From a virus (taxonomy: Duplodnaviria; Caudoviricetes), in the IMG/VR virus record IMGVR_UViG_3300033412_000015, positions 1-59,682 of that record: DNA of 59,682 nt; one strand, 5' to 3'. Of this stretch, positions 9,401 through 18,680 are shown piece after piece; position 1 is the first letter of the stretch; every line of letters begins with the position of its first letter. The position numbers and the translations under genes are program-made. The notes beneath the pieces were generated by a model. That model saw nothing but the letters and a program-made list of their open reading frames with translations. It did no database searches and was not told where the DNA came from.

Positions 9401-11624
9401 TTTCACGATGACCTGTGTACACACCGGCCTGCGTGAGTAATATCGTTTGACCTGTCGTAAATCCACTGGTATCTCCACTACTTAGGGTTACAGTTGCCGT
9501 CTCTGCATCGCCGTCACCATCAATAGTCACGTTCAGGTCAGCATTAGGATTAATGTACAGGACCTTCAGTTCGCGGTCAATTGCGTCATAGGTAAGCATG
9601 TCACCTTTAATGATATTCTCGACACTCTCAACGTCCGTCAGAAGTCGCAACGGTAACACACTTGTGCTTCTCGAAGCTACAATTAGTAGACCTGCCACCA
9701 GCGTGGTTTCCGTTAGAACATTTTCCAACACAACAGTGCTGCCGCTCGAAGAACTGACCGAGATGCTTGCCTCATCAGTAAATACTTCTGCACTGATAAG
9801 GTCGCCGTTAATAAGCGAGCTAGTCGCCGTAAAGGTAACTCTATCAGTGAAAACGCCGCATTCCATGCCAGCATCAGTTTCATCATAGTCAGCACTATCT
9901 CTGTCAGGATTTTCAACCACCAGTTCAATAATATCGGTACTGGGATTACTTGCACTGATGATTTTAAAGGTACCAGAGTTTATGGAATAGCCGGCCTGAT
10001 TAACGGTTAGATAATCTTCTAGTCCGCTAGTACCACTGATAATAGTACTCAAAGTGCCATTGATTACGAGATTAGGACAGTTGAGGGTATACTTAACCTG
10101 ATTGCCCGATTGCCACGCTACAGCTGTACCCTGAGCAAATCCTTCGCCACCGCCTAGGAATTGTAAGTATCCCCTGGTACGAGAAGAACTATCTGCCGTA
10201 TCAATAAATGCCGGGCCGATTACAGTGCTAGACGCAACGCGACCCCTGAAGTTAGGATAGAGACGAGGAAGCAAATATGAAGTGCCAACCTCGTCCCTGG
10301 TGCGCATCTCGAATAGGTTGCCGCCTAATCCCGAGACAAGTCTAGTTTCGCCTTCACTTCTATAACTATCCAAATGCGTGACCCATCCTGGCCTATCAAC
10401 AGTTGGGTTAGAACCGTAAATTGCCCGATGGTCAAGACCCCATAAGGTCATCTGTACCGAATCGTCTGTGTAGTCAGAAGAAACAGTACTGCCAGTCACG
10501 CAAATCTTATTGATATTTATAGAAGCGTATTCATAAAATACGTAGAAGGTTGCATCTGTCGAAAGTCCATTCTGGAAGCTTATAGTGGCGGTGCCAGTAG
10601 AACTGTCTACAGATACACTATCTGGTATTACAATTTCCTTCGTGCCACCAATTGTTTGCTCTAGGTAGCAGGTTGCATTAATGAAGGATTTACTGATATT
10701 ACTGATGCTAACTGTCATTGTGCTGCCAGCAGCAACGCTGCCCGTCACTACATTGGAGACGCCAGTAGCCGTTAGTATGAAAATAGCATTGAATGGACTG
10801 CCCGTCTCATTATCCATCGTAATGGCTACAGTACCAGAACTGGTAAGTGTTACGGAATCTGGTAGGATTTTCTTGTAGATGGAGCCAGTGTCTTCGTAGA
10901 CGTCTACCAGAATGTTGAAATTAGACAACTGGTGTGTAGCTGCCGTAATGGTAAATGTCCCAATACCTGTCCCAATACTAGTTGGAGAGGAAACAAATAC
11001 GCTGCCCGTTACAGGCTGCTTATCTAGGACGTAGGCAAATCCTTTAAAATCACTGCCAGTTCCATTAGTATAGCCAATGTTAATGTCAGCAGTACTCTGC
11101 GTAATTTCAACAGAATCAGGAAAGAACAAGGAGTTACTATTATCGGTGTCACTGGTGCTTTCAAGCAGGCCTACAGTTACAATGCTGCCCTGTCCGTGCT
11201 CTGTTCCAGGGATAGTTAGCGTATTTGTTCCAGTGTTAAATACTCTGCGTACGTCTGTAGTAAAACTGGGGTAGTAGTGAACACTATCTGTATTGTCCCA
11301 GTCGCCGTCAGCGTGGCTTTCACTGGTTCGACCGTAAACGATTAGTGGAGTTGAACGGATTGAGGAGAGGTCAATGGAGGAAACGTCGACGCTGCCATCT
11401 AGATAGAAGCAAATGTCGCTGGATTCGTACTCTAGTTTATTGATGCGGACTGGTAGGAAACCGCCGTGACCCTGATAGCCCACCCTTTTCGCGAGATAGC
11501 CTTCAGGCTTGGGGTCCATATTAACTAGGGATTCGCTGTATCCATCTTGGAGGCGATTCTCGGCACTGAGCTGGTCTATCCCTGCTCCAAAATCTTGCAT
11601 TGGAACGCTTATGTATTGGTACAC
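6453..11624 (-). CDS. Tail hub/nozzle-like protein (P22 gp10 / T7 gp12 type) with large beta-rich insertions
   Basis: 1723 aa; N-terminal DFGAGID...NMD...GYLAKRVG and C-terminal GLGCTAPYSIAPTKDGIIFANESGIY propeller-like motifs; lies between adaptor and ejection genes. Confidence 0.7.
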   Translation of the reverse strand: MYQYISVPMQDFGAGIDQLSAENRLQDGYSESLVNMDPKPEGYLAKRVGYQGHGGFLPVRINKLEYESSDICFYLDGSVDVSSIDLSSIRSTPLIVYGRTSESHADGDWDNTDSVHYYPSFTTDVRRVFNTGTNTLTIPGTEHGQGSIVTVGLLESTSDTDNSNSLFFPDSVEITQSTADINIGYTNGTGSDFKGFAYVLDKQPVTGSVFVSSPTSIGTGIGTFTITAATHQLSNFNILVDVYEDTGSIYKKILPDSVTLTSSGTVAITMDNETGSPFNAIFILTATGVSNVVTGSVAAGSTMTVSISNISKSFINATCYLEQTIGGTKEIVIPDSVSVDSSTGTATISFQNGLSTDATFYVFYEYASININKICVTGSTVSSDYTDDSVQMTLWGLDHRAIYGSNPTVDRPGWVTHLDSYRSEGETRLVSGLGGNLFEMRTRDEVGTSYLLPRLYPNFRGRVASSTVIGPAFIDTADSSSRTRGYLQFLGGGEGFAQGTAVAWQSGNQVKYTLNCPNLVINGTLSTIISGTSGLEDYLTVNQAGYSINSGTFKIISASNPSTDIIELVVENPDRDSADYDETDAGMECGVFTDRVTFTATSSLINGDLISAEVFTDEASISVSSSSGSTVVLENVLTETTLVAGLLIVASRSTSVLPLRLLTDVESVENIIKGDMLTYDAIDRELKVLYINPNADLNVTIDGDGDAETATVTLSSGDTSGFTTGQTILLTQAGVYTGHREITDIPSSTTFTFSSTETSTGVSATLRGNTIQVDEELEIQDTVDASTPITVARRWIPIEAPDDTFDLTPHTTYRQLDSFAYSEQPILRSVMVANNLYVTNGDDEVLKYDGQNIYRAGLFRWQPSLFSTVDSSPSAPETGEIVINTPQATPTAVNDNIFTVPIGDESKFLADQIIRHSYTGGYNDYRVLKTFDDGVNGFVQVEAFVSTITLGASPLLKRVGVYKYYFRLNAIDANQNIIASAVTGADDTTIQLADTAQVRLRLIGMPAWDLYDYDKLEVEIYRTALDGVAPFYKLATIPMSFNNNDGYIDYIDTDSDDVLKDLDIVNTALLGQELGTTWTEPLRAKYITSASNGLVLGNIKDYPKLDIQLLDTGVRITASVLNGQVYTFRKDNTDAGTTTDMVNRALYEFRDSGSVSITPATDLVNNAGASFTVTSTAHGLGAGDWVYLYHASVADGNRLGYAGWWQINSATTDDFTILYNSDASYTPTSMDVDSYLTATAPENVPVWLGTDGNYATLNGNADTSLGYEFWALRRLANAINVSMRKTDITVSGQESFRPWMIANAGSEYNFGQMVITQPKAVGTFLELELPSFSGYNTFVNGIKRDSAASISAFTSVFPSRIIVSYNNYPEIMDNPTSILDTDSASAIDVNPADGQQITGIIPFFGDTAFGAALQGSVIVVFKTNSIYLVNPATKAAGQNPVQKIESQGLGCTAPYSIAPTKDGIIFANESGIYKLNRSLEVVYLGRRLERIWRSIVDRNQLDIMAGHYYINGNKYKLAVPYKTDTANNKVLVYDTTREYSPDGYRDGSWTTYDNHPAIGWANLQTDAFLASLLGEVFIIRNTGTLTDYRDDNAAISAEAELRAMDFGDGAIRKVLANVIIDYRVLTSTSGTTVEFAPDLTANYEPLDDFRLTEPTDSPDGLSDAGDVKIQPIRYSIDKRKIVYAQVKVSNSTKDEPVEIAGVSYRVAGMNQKGIIDAKHTTRG

Positions 11625-11641
11625 CAGGGACCTCGGTTTGC

Positions 11642-11806
11642 TTAGGCAGGTTTCTTTTTGGCTTTAGCTTTGGGTATCTTCGCACCCGCTTTGCGGGCTT
11701 CAGACAGTGCTATCGCAATTGCCTGCTTCTGTGGGTAATTCTCGCCCATCAGCTTGCTAATGTTCTTACCGATTGTTTTCTTATCTTTTCCAACAGCTAG
11801 TGGCAT
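11642..11806 (-). CDS. Small basic phage protein (54 aa)
   Basis: Not in the ORF track; MPLAVGKDKKTIGKNISKLMGENYPQKQAIAIALSEARKAG..., with a QAIAIALS motif common in podovirus structural regions. Confidence 0.75.
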   Translation of the reverse strand: MPLAVGKDKKTIGKNISKLMGENYPQKQAIAIALSEARKAGAKIPKAKAKKKPA

Positions 11807-11817
11807 AGCATTGTTCC

Positions 11818-12015
11818 TTATTTCGGGGGACCGGCATGCATAATTTTCTTGAGAGTCTTCGCTAGTTGGGCACGTCGGCCTAACTTGCCACCCTTTTCAG
11901 CAGCTGCATTCAGTTTCTTTTCTGGAATTGGCTCGCCTTCTGGAACGCCTAGCTCTTTTTTTAGGGCACCGGGATGCTTAATAGCTCCCTGTATCCACTT
12001 TTTCTTCTCTGCCAT
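11818..12015 (-). CDS. Small basic phage protein
   Basis: KWIQGAIKHPGALKKELGV...RAQLAKTL, a motif recurrent in podovirus structural regions. Confidence 0.75.
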   Translation of the reverse strand: MAEKKKWIQGAIKHPGALKKELGVPEGEPIPEKKLNAAAEKGGKLGRRAQLAKTLKKIMHAGPPK

Positions 12016-12016
12016 A

Positions 12017-12418
12017 TTATTGATTCCTTAGTTTCTTAAATAATTCAATTGCATTCTGCTTCTTAATTGCTTGTGCGCCTGGTTCGAAAGAAGTTAATTC
12101 AGTGGGCCTCTGTTGTTTATTGAACTTACTGTAATCCAGCACTCGTTCAGATAATCCTTTTCCTAACTTCTTTTCGCCTATTTCTGCAGCTTCTTTAGCT
12201 GCCATTTTTAGGCCACCCTTTAAAAAGCCTCTACCGACACCTTCAACAGGTGCAATGTAATCGGTAATGTCGCCTTCCTCAGCTCCTTGCTCTTCGTCAC
12301 CTTTTTGGCCTTTGCCCTGTTTAGCTTCGAATGCGGCAGCTTTTTGTTTTATTTCATCACTATTGTCGTTAGCATTCTCGTCGCTAACTTCTTTTTCCCA
12401 AGGGAATTTAAAGTCCAT
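12017..12418 (-). CDS. Hypothetical protein
   Basis: 133 aa, packed in operon. Confidence 0.65.
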   Translation of the reverse strand: MDFKFPWEKEVSDENANDNSDEIKQKAAAFEAKQGKGQKGDEEQGAEEGDITDYIAPVEGVGRGFLKGGLKMAAKEAAEIGEKKLGKGLSERVLDYSKFNKQQRPTELTSFEPGAQAIKKQNAIELFKKLRNQ

Positions 12419-12563
12419 TCTTTTTCAATTCCTTTTTGTAACCTTCAAGTTCCTGCGCCTGTTCAGCAGCTTCTTTAAGGTCATCCTTGTGTGAGGGGGA
12501 ACGTAGTACTTTCAGTAGCTTAACGTGTTCTTTTATTAGTTCTACTAGGTCTTTTTTATTCAT
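12408..12563 (-). CDS. Hypothetical protein (51 aa)
   Basis: Not in the ORF track; MNKKDLVELIKEHVKLLKVLRSPSHKDDLKEAAEQAQELEGYKKELKKNGL fills the gap. Confidence 0.65.
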   Translation of the reverse strand: MNKKDLVELIKEHVKLLKVLRSPSHKDDLKEAAEQAQELEGYKKELKKNGL

Positions 12564-12575
12564 TGGTTACTGGCA

Positions 12576-13532
12576 CTACATGCTGTTAAAGTATCTACGG
12601 GTTGGTACAGCCCAGTTCTTACTGACCTTTTTGACCCTCTGAGAGACTTCGCGGCCAACCCAGCTGCGCTCTACCTGTAATTCTAGGTCCTTGAGGACGG
12701 CTTTTTCAATGTCAGCCGGCCCACCTAACTTGCGGGTAATCTCAGCGACCGCGTATTGAATGAGGAAATTGCTATTGGGCTTCTTGAAGAGGGGAACGCA
12801 AGAGCCTGAAAGAACGCAAATCAGGTCATCTGCCTCTACCGTTGAAGGAATGGAGCTACTGATTGTCTTATTCAGAACAGTACTGCGTGTAGGAGAACTT
12901 TTGAAGGTAATCTTATTTCCCTGTATTGACTGGATTTGCATACTGGCCTTAATGAGGCCTGACTGACCGTCTACAATGTTGACGTAGGAGTTTAATTGGT
13001 CCATCTCAGCAGTGAGGTCAGAACCAATACTGTCAACAATTAGGTAGTTATTCGCCGTATTAAGAATAGTTATGCGGCCCTGCTCTTTTACGAGAGGGTC
13101 TGGGTCTTTTAGATACCAGATGCGTAGGCTGTAGGTTCCTGAAGGAGTGGGTAAAAGACGGAATTTGTTACCGATTACACAGTAGTAGTAGGGAACGTTA
13201 ATCTTCGTTGGAGTTTCGTAGAGGGTAATGTCCTGGTAATCAAGTCTTTTTACGGGGTAGAAGAGCTGATTAATGGAGACCTCTACCTTTTCCAAGCGCT
13301 GCTCGAAGGCATCTTCAGGAATGTCGTATTCATTCACGCCTGCAATCAATCCTACCGTCGTATGTGTAATCATCGGCGATTCATATTGACGAGCGAGAAT
13401 ATTACCCGCGTAGTCCTGCGCCCTATTTAGGGCCGGAAGAATATCAAGTGCGTCATCAACAGAAGAGGTATTATCCTCGTCTATCATCGACCTCACTTCG
13501 TCTATTAAGGTCTGTACAGTTAATCTACGCAT
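12576..13532 (-). CDS. Putative head-tail adaptor
   Basis: N-terminal TVQTLIDEVRSMID...ILPALNRAQ helix pair, EYDIPED and RLLPTP motifs typical of adaptor proteins. Confidence 0.65.
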   Translation of the reverse strand: MRRLTVQTLIDEVRSMIDEDNTSSVDDALDILPALNRAQDYAGNILARQYESPMITHTTVGLIAGVNEYDIPEDAFEQRLEKVEVSINQLFYPVKRLDYQDITLYETPTKINVPYYYCVIGNKFRLLPTPSGTYSLRIWYLKDPDPLVKEQGRITILNTANNYLIVDSIGSDLTAEMDQLNSYVNIVDGQSGLIKASMQIQSIQGNKITFKSSPTRSTVLNKTISSSIPSTVEADDLICVLSGSCVPLFKKPNSNFLIQYAVAEITRKLGGPADIEKAVLKDLELQVERSWVGREVSQRVKKVSKNWAVPTRRYFNSM

Positions 13533-13535
13533 TTT

Positions 13536-13886
13536 TTAGTATTGTTCTTCTGATTCGTTCTCGGCAGATTCTTCTTCAGGAGATTCTTTTGATTCTTCTT
13601 CTTCAGACTCTTCACCTTTGGCTGGGCGCTGAACCTTAAAGCCGCGAGCTTCAAGTTCTTTTACTAGGTCTTCATCTGGCATGTGGTGTAATTCAGCATT
13701 CTCTTCTTCAGGTGATTCTTCGCCTTTGGCTGGATTTCCTTGCTCGTCTTCAGGTGCTCCCATGTCCATTTCTTCTGGGTGCTCACCTGCAGCCGACCCT
13801 AGGTCAAGGTCATGCTCGTCCATTTGAAGCATGTCATCTTGCTTCTTCTCTGGCATCTTCATTTTCTTTAAAAGGTCTTTTTTCAT
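13536..13886 (-). CDS. Acidic low-complexity protein
   Basis: 116 aa, E/D-rich, internal repeat PAKGEES...EE x2; AGGAG RBS. Confidence 0.65.
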   Translation of the reverse strand: MKKDLLKKMKMPEKKQDDMLQMDEHDLDLGSAAGEHPEEMDMGAPEDEQGNPAKGEESPEEENAELHHMPDEDLVKELEARGFKVQRPAKGEESEEEESKESPEEESAENESEEQY

Positions 13887-13926
13887 TGCCTAAAACTCCT
13901 TATTGCATTGAAACTATTGTAATTAA

Positions 13927-14118
13927 TTAATGTATGAACGTCAAGTACTTTTTGACCAGATAGCCAATGGCGGTTAGAAACACACTGAGGACAGCCATTA
14001 GGCCACCTTTTATAAATCCTTGTTCTGATTCAACTTTTACAAGTCGCTCAGCATAAGAATCTAACTTATCTTCTAAACGGTCAAATCGCTTATCTAGATG
14101 TTCACGTAACTCAGGCAT
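13927..14118 (-). CDS. Small coiled-coil + single TM protein (holin candidate)
   Basis: FDRLEDKLD coiled coil followed by GGLMAVLSVFLTAIGYLV. Confidence 0.5.
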   Translation of the reverse strand: MPELREHLDKRFDRLEDKLDSYAERLVKVESEQGFIKGGLMAVLSVFLTAIGYLVKKYLTFIH

Positions 14119-14121
14119 CTC

Positions 14122-14949
14122 TTATAACTTCTGGACTTGTGCCATTGAGAAGTTGATATTTGGGTCTGTGGTCCCGTTAGCAGTGCCGTCAGTGTGGGCA
14201 CGTACAACATCTCCAGCAGATAGCTTTATAATACCAGAACCTCCACTACGGAGACCACCGCCGGCTGTAGTAAAAAGAACTACTCTGTCGGCATTAGTAA
14301 TCGAATCGATGCTAGTAGTAAGCTGGGAACTGTTCACAGAGATACCTACGTTTATGGTTGTGCTTCCAGTATCCATGTAATTGATTTGGTAAATACCGTC
14401 TTGAACGATTGTGATAGAGCCGCCATTTGTAGAACTATCAGCATAGGTCATGGAAAGGTGATTGGCTGCACTAGTAATTTCAGTTACGAATCTACGTATC
14501 TTATTGTTAGTTGACCCATGACCGTTGCCACCACTGAGTCTCAACCAGCCAAACTGACTACCCCCGATATTAAGAACATGCCAGTTCGTTCCATCACTCT
14601 GAACAGCTATAAAGTCATATTGTTCTACTGCTCTTTTGCTTGTCTGACCATCGATAGTGTCAGAGCCAGCACGAGCCAATATCAGATAACCAGTACCAGA
14701 GTCTACCTTCTTAACAGTCAACACTCGATTAGTATTATTCGCTGCTGCTGGCAACGTTACGGTACGGTTCGTACTACTGGTAGTCATTGCAATCAGTGCA
14801 AAACCATCAGTATCCGTAATGGTATAATCGGCACTTTTCGCAGAAGTTGTGCCGCCAATGAAGGCGCCGTTGACCTTGAGGCCAGAAGATGCATTGGGAG
14901 CACCTGTTCCGGCTGCGTTTAGAATGGTATCTACTTGTAATTGTGACAT
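14122..14949 (-). CDS. Tail fibre/receptor-binding protein with C1q/TNF-like C-terminus
   Basis: TVTLPAAA...LTVKKVD...GSDTIDG module; ITIVQDGIYQINY...LSAGDVVRAH head. Confidence 0.6.
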   Translation of the reverse strand: MSQLQVDTILNAAGTGAPNASSGLKVNGAFIGGTTSAKSADYTITDTDGFALIAMTTSSTNRTVTLPAAANNTNRVLTVKKVDSGTGYLILARAGSDTIDGQTSKRAVEQYDFIAVQSDGTNWHVLNIGGSQFGWLRLSGGNGHGSTNNKIRRFVTEITSAANHLSMTYADSSTNGGSITIVQDGIYQINYMDTGSTTINVGISVNSSQLTTSIDSITNADRVVLFTTAGGGLRSGGSGIIKLSAGDVVRAHTDGTANGTTDPNINFSMAQVQKL

Positions 14950-14967
14950 TTATTTATTCTCCTAAAG

Positions 14968-15768
14968 TTATAATATTCTTGATGTTCCGTTTACGATGAG
15001 CGTGCCATTATTAATTATCTGGTTCTCGCTTAAAAGTCTACCATTAACAGTATACGTTGTAGACGTATCAATTGTCAAATTTGGATGAAACAAGGTAGTG
15101 CCTGAGTTAACAGTTGTATTTGTGCTATCAAGGTCGGTAGTAGTACTGCCTGCACTGCCGGGTAGGCTTACCCAACTGAGATTCGCGCTACCATCTGTTT
15201 GAAGCACCTGGTTAGGTGAACCGTCGCCGTTAGGCAGTTTAAAAGTAGTGTCTGCCGTTACAGCATTGGGAGCTTCCAGTGCAACGAAATTCGTACCGTT
15301 GCCCGTCTGTTCAAAGAACTTTATGGCGGCCTGATTACTGAAGCTTGCGCTGGTTGTAACTGCTGGAGATGCTAGTGTTTTATTGCTGAGGGTATCCGTG
15401 GTGTCTGTACCTACCAGAGTAGTAGTAGCATCTGGCATTGTGACAGTTCTATTGGTAGTAGCAACGGAAGCTATACTCAAGCGGGTAGAGCTGGATGCAC
15501 CTGAAGTGGTGAATCCAGCAGCCTTGCTAGTATCGGACGTGTCGACGAATTTAACGCTTGCGGCATCTAGGTCTTTATTTTGCAGACGAGAAGAGCCCTG
15601 GTCAGTAGATGCACGACTCAAGATTACCTGGTCCGCATTTTCCTGAGGCAGCTGAACATCCCGAGCTGCCGTATAGGTAACAGTTTGATTCGGACGCAAG
15701 GTAATCGCCTGGCTGTTCTTACGAGCAACCAGCGACACAAGTTCCGATAATGAACCAAATAATTTCAT
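14968..15768 (-). CDS. Fibre protein (N-terminal paralogue of 15789..17456)
   Basis: ITLRPNQxVTYT and PDATTTLVGTD...LSNKT motifs; LPNGDGSPNQVLQTDGSANLSW fibre module. Confidence 0.65.
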   Translation of the reverse strand: MKLFGSLSELVSLVARKNSQAITLRPNQTVTYTAARDVQLPQENADQVILSRASTDQGSSRLQNKDLDAASVKFVDTSDTSKAAGFTTSGASSSTRLSIASVATTNRTVTMPDATTTLVGTDTTDTLSNKTLASPAVTTSASFSNQAAIKFFEQTGNGTNFVALEAPNAVTADTTFKLPNGDGSPNQVLQTDGSANLSWVSLPGSAGSTTTDLDSTNTTVNSGTTLFHPNLTIDTSTTYTVNGRLLSENQIINNGTLIVNGTSRIL

Positions 15769-15788
15769 CTATTATAACTCCTAAGGTA

Positions 15789-17456
15789 TTATACCGCTAG
15801 AATCATTACTCTCCAGCCAGAAGCATTAGGCGCCTGGGAAGCAGTAAGGTCAAGGGTATTTCCGTCTGTACGAACAACGCTGTCAACTTCGATTGTTGCG
15901 AAATCTGCCTTGTCGTAAATCTGAACGATAACATCTTGTGTGCCAAGGTTATGCGTGATTGTCTTGCTTGTACCATCGGCCAGAGCCCAATCTGTCTTAA
16001 AAGAAGCAGAGGAAGCATTGCTAACCCAGCTCAAGTTTCCTGAAGCGTCAGAACTAAGGACGTAGCCAGAAGAGGCCGCATCGGCAGCTGGAAGTGTATA
16101 GGTAACGTCTCCGGCTTGTGCTTGCGCCTTGAAGGCCGTGAAGTTACTGCCTGAACCGGATGGTTCGAAGAAGCGTAATTCGCTTGCACTGGTGCCAGAA
16201 GCAAGGTTAAGGTGAGCAGCGCTGATTGATACGAGACCAGTACCATTTGGGTCAAGTACGATGTTACCGTTGCTGTCCGTTGAACTGATGGTATTACCAT
16301 TTGCACTAAGGTTATCAACGTCTAATTGGGTTAAGCCAGAAAGAGCACCAGCGTCATCAAGAATAGCAGCGCTATTTTGGATAATCTTGCCACTTGTGCC
16401 ATCGAATCGGGCCAATGCATTATCAGTTGAAGAACCTGCATTAGTTACTTCATTGGCTGAAGCTGCGCGGAACTGGCTGAATACTGGGGTGTCCGTATCA
16501 AGTACAAATGCATTATCATTTGAACAATAGAACAACTTGTCAGCATTCGCCGTACCTTCTTGAACTGCAACAAACATTGAAGGAAATTCAGCAGATTCAT
16601 CTGCATCGGCTGCGCGAGAAGCTGCACCAGTAAGAGAAACAATATAGATGCCGTTCTCTGCACCGGTTGATTGGTCTTTAAGAAGTACTCTATCGCCTTG
16701 GGCAAGAGTTACGCCGTCAAGTACGTCGCCGTCTTCAAGAGCAGTTGAAATGTCAACGTTGGCCGTTGAAGCTGCGCGAGCTGGTTGCTTCCATTTGTCG
16801 CCATCGAACTGGGCTTGGATATTTGAAGTTGCACCAGACAAGAAGGCTAGTTCTGCACTGCTTACGCTAGAATGTGTCGGTATGCCATTTGCATCAGAAA
16901 TTAATGCACGTGCAGCAGTAATTGCAGCAGCCTCGACAATTGCACCACCGGCCGATTTAATTACACGATTGTTACTTAGAGCAGCAGCGCTATTTGTACC
17001 ACCATTTGCGATAGGAAGCGTACCCGTAACACTGGCTGTCAGGGAAATGTTAGACAGGGTATTGCTTGCGCCACTGATTGTCTTATTGGTCAAGATTTGG
17101 CTAACGTCGGTGCCTACCAGTGTGGTATTTGCATCGGGTAGCGAAAAGGTTCTAACAGTTGAGGCAGAAATAGCAGAAGCATTGAATTGTGCCTGCTTAG
17201 TATTGTCGCCGTTATCCTGAAGAGTAAAGTTATTATCCAGAGATGTATAAGAGTTGCTGTTATCGAGGTTCTTATTAGAAATAGCCTGGTTAGCAGTTTC
17301 AGAAACGATAATGCTGTCTGCATCTTCTGGGGGTAAATCTATAGAATGTGCACCTGTGTAGGTTACACTCTGATTGGGCCGTAGGGTGATATCCTGTGCG
17401 TCTTTTTCGAACAGGATGGACACGAGTTTTGAAATGGAACCATACCATCTTCTCAT
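15789..17456 (-). CDS. Fibre protein
   Basis: 555 aa S/A/T-rich; VTGTLPIANGGT, LDGVTLAQGDRVLLKDQ...ENGIY and STDNALARFDGTSGK fibre motifs. Confidence 0.75.
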   Translation of the reverse strand: MRRWYGSISKLVSILFEKDAQDITLRPNQSVTYTGAHSIDLPPEDADSIIVSETANQAISNKNLDNSNSYTSLDNNFTLQDNGDNTKQAQFNASAISASTVRTFSLPDANTTLVGTDVSQILTNKTISGASNTLSNISLTASVTGTLPIANGGTNSAAALSNNRVIKSAGGAIVEAAAITAARALISDANGIPTHSSVSSAELAFLSGATSNIQAQFDGDKWKQPARAASTANVDISTALEDGDVLDGVTLAQGDRVLLKDQSTGAENGIYIVSLTGAASRAADADESAEFPSMFVAVQEGTANADKLFYCSNDNAFVLDTDTPVFSQFRAASANEVTNAGSSTDNALARFDGTSGKIIQNSAAILDDAGALSGLTQLDVDNLSANGNTISSTDSNGNIVLDPNGTGLVSISAAHLNLASGTSASELRFFEPSGSGSNFTAFKAQAQAGDVTYTLPAADAASSGYVLSSDASGNLSWVSNASSASFKTDWALADGTSKTITHNLGTQDVIVQIYDKADFATIEVDSVVRTDGNTLDLTASQAPNASGWRVMILAV

Positions 17457-17462
17457 ATTTTG

Positions 17463-18590
17463 TTATCCTTGTACAATGATGCGCCAGCTGACCGAAGGGG
17501 CCTGACTGGCGGTTAGTGTTATGTTGTTACTATCTGTTATTTCAATGTCGTCAACGTCAATTATTTTATTATCTGTGCTATCGTAAATCAGGAGATTAAT
17601 GTCAGTAGTACCTAGACCATGGTCGAACACCTTAACTGTGCCGTCCGAAGCTAGCCAATTGCCAGCCACTTTCATTACGCTGCCGCCACCGCCGCCGCTA
17701 ACTGTACCCCACTCTAATTGAAAGGGATTACTATTATTGGCCCGCAGTACTTGGTTTCCCGAAGGCGTGCTAGCCGGTAGAATGAATGACAGGTTTGATG
17801 CCTGCGAGCCACTGGCCACAAAAGAGGTAGCATAGGAGCCATTAGAAAGCTGTAACTGACCGGTCGTTAGGAGGTCCTGCGAACCGAAATCAGGGCTAAT
17901 CTTCGTGCCGGCAATTGCTGCTGAAGAACTAACGTCAGCATTTACAATACTACCTGTCAGATTTAACTTGCCGTAAACAATGCCTGCGCCTGCCTTAATT
18001 GCGCCGTTCGCTATATTAGACAATGTATTAAGGTCAGCGTCAATCACTTTGTTAGTAAATGACTCATTTCCTGCAAGAGTTGAAACCGTCCCAGAAGTTG
18101 GAAGAGTTAAAGCAGAATCAGCCGTTAGAGTCAATGCTAGATTGCCACCTGCCGTGCTGAAATTGCCGCCCATTACCAGCTGCCTGTCAGCACCTTCAAG
18201 GTCGATATCCAGTTGCCTGTCTGCCGCCGTATCGGTACTGCCCGTAACGTCTGACTTGTACCGCAGTTTTAAACTGCGTGTGCCACCCGTTGCAATGTCC
18301 TTAAGATTTAAGCTGCCCTGGAAGTTAATCTCATCTGCGTAGATGCTGAAACTATCCAATAATTGGCTGCTAATACCAAAGGATACGCTACCGCCCGTTC
18401 CTAAACCACCTACGCTAGCGTCTTGCGGCCTGAAAACAATGTCTTCTTTCGACCGTATGATGGCAGTTTCTGTGTTATCCAGATTAAACACGGCTCCTAG
18501 CGCATCAATACGCTCGAGGTTGAAGCGTGCGTCAGCAGTTAGGTTACTGTTTATTCGGAGTTTTAGATTGCGGGAGATTGTTGTAGCCAA
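17463..18590 (-). CDS. Fibre protein
   Basis: 375 aa, TTG start; IVNADVSSSAAIAGTKI repeat; C-terminal HGLGT domain shared with the next gene. Confidence 0.65.
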   Translation of the reverse strand: MATTISRNLKLRINSNLTADARFNLERIDALGAVFNLDNTETAIIRSKEDIVFRPQDASVGGLGTGGSVSFGISSQLLDSFSIYADEINFQGSLNLKDIATGGTRSLKLRYKSDVTGSTDTAADRQLDIDLEGADRQLVMGGNFSTAGGNLALTLTADSALTLPTSGTVSTLAGNESFTNKVIDADLNTLSNIANGAIKAGAGIVYGKLNLTGSIVNADVSSSAAIAGTKISPDFGSQDLLTTGQLQLSNGSYATSFVASGSQASNLSFILPASTPSGNQVLRANNSNPFQLEWGTVSGGGGGSVMKVAGNWLASDGTVKVFDHGLGTTDINLLIYDSTDNKIIDVDDIEITDSNNITLTASQAPSVSWRIIVQG

Positions 18591-18680
18591 CTTTAGTACC
18601 TTCTAAGGTGCCTGTGTTAGGCATGTGCTCTCCGTACAAGCGGAGGAGAATTACCTAACCATCGGCGTGGGGGTCAAATA

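Noticed and set aside
12408-12563. Frameshift at the G5 run near 12495
   Set aside because: Careful translation gives an intact 51-aa ORF
14122-18590. Diversity-generating retroelement or invertible fibre cassette
   Set aside because: No reverse transcriptase or recombinase; fibre similarity is old protein-level paralogy, not near-identical DNA
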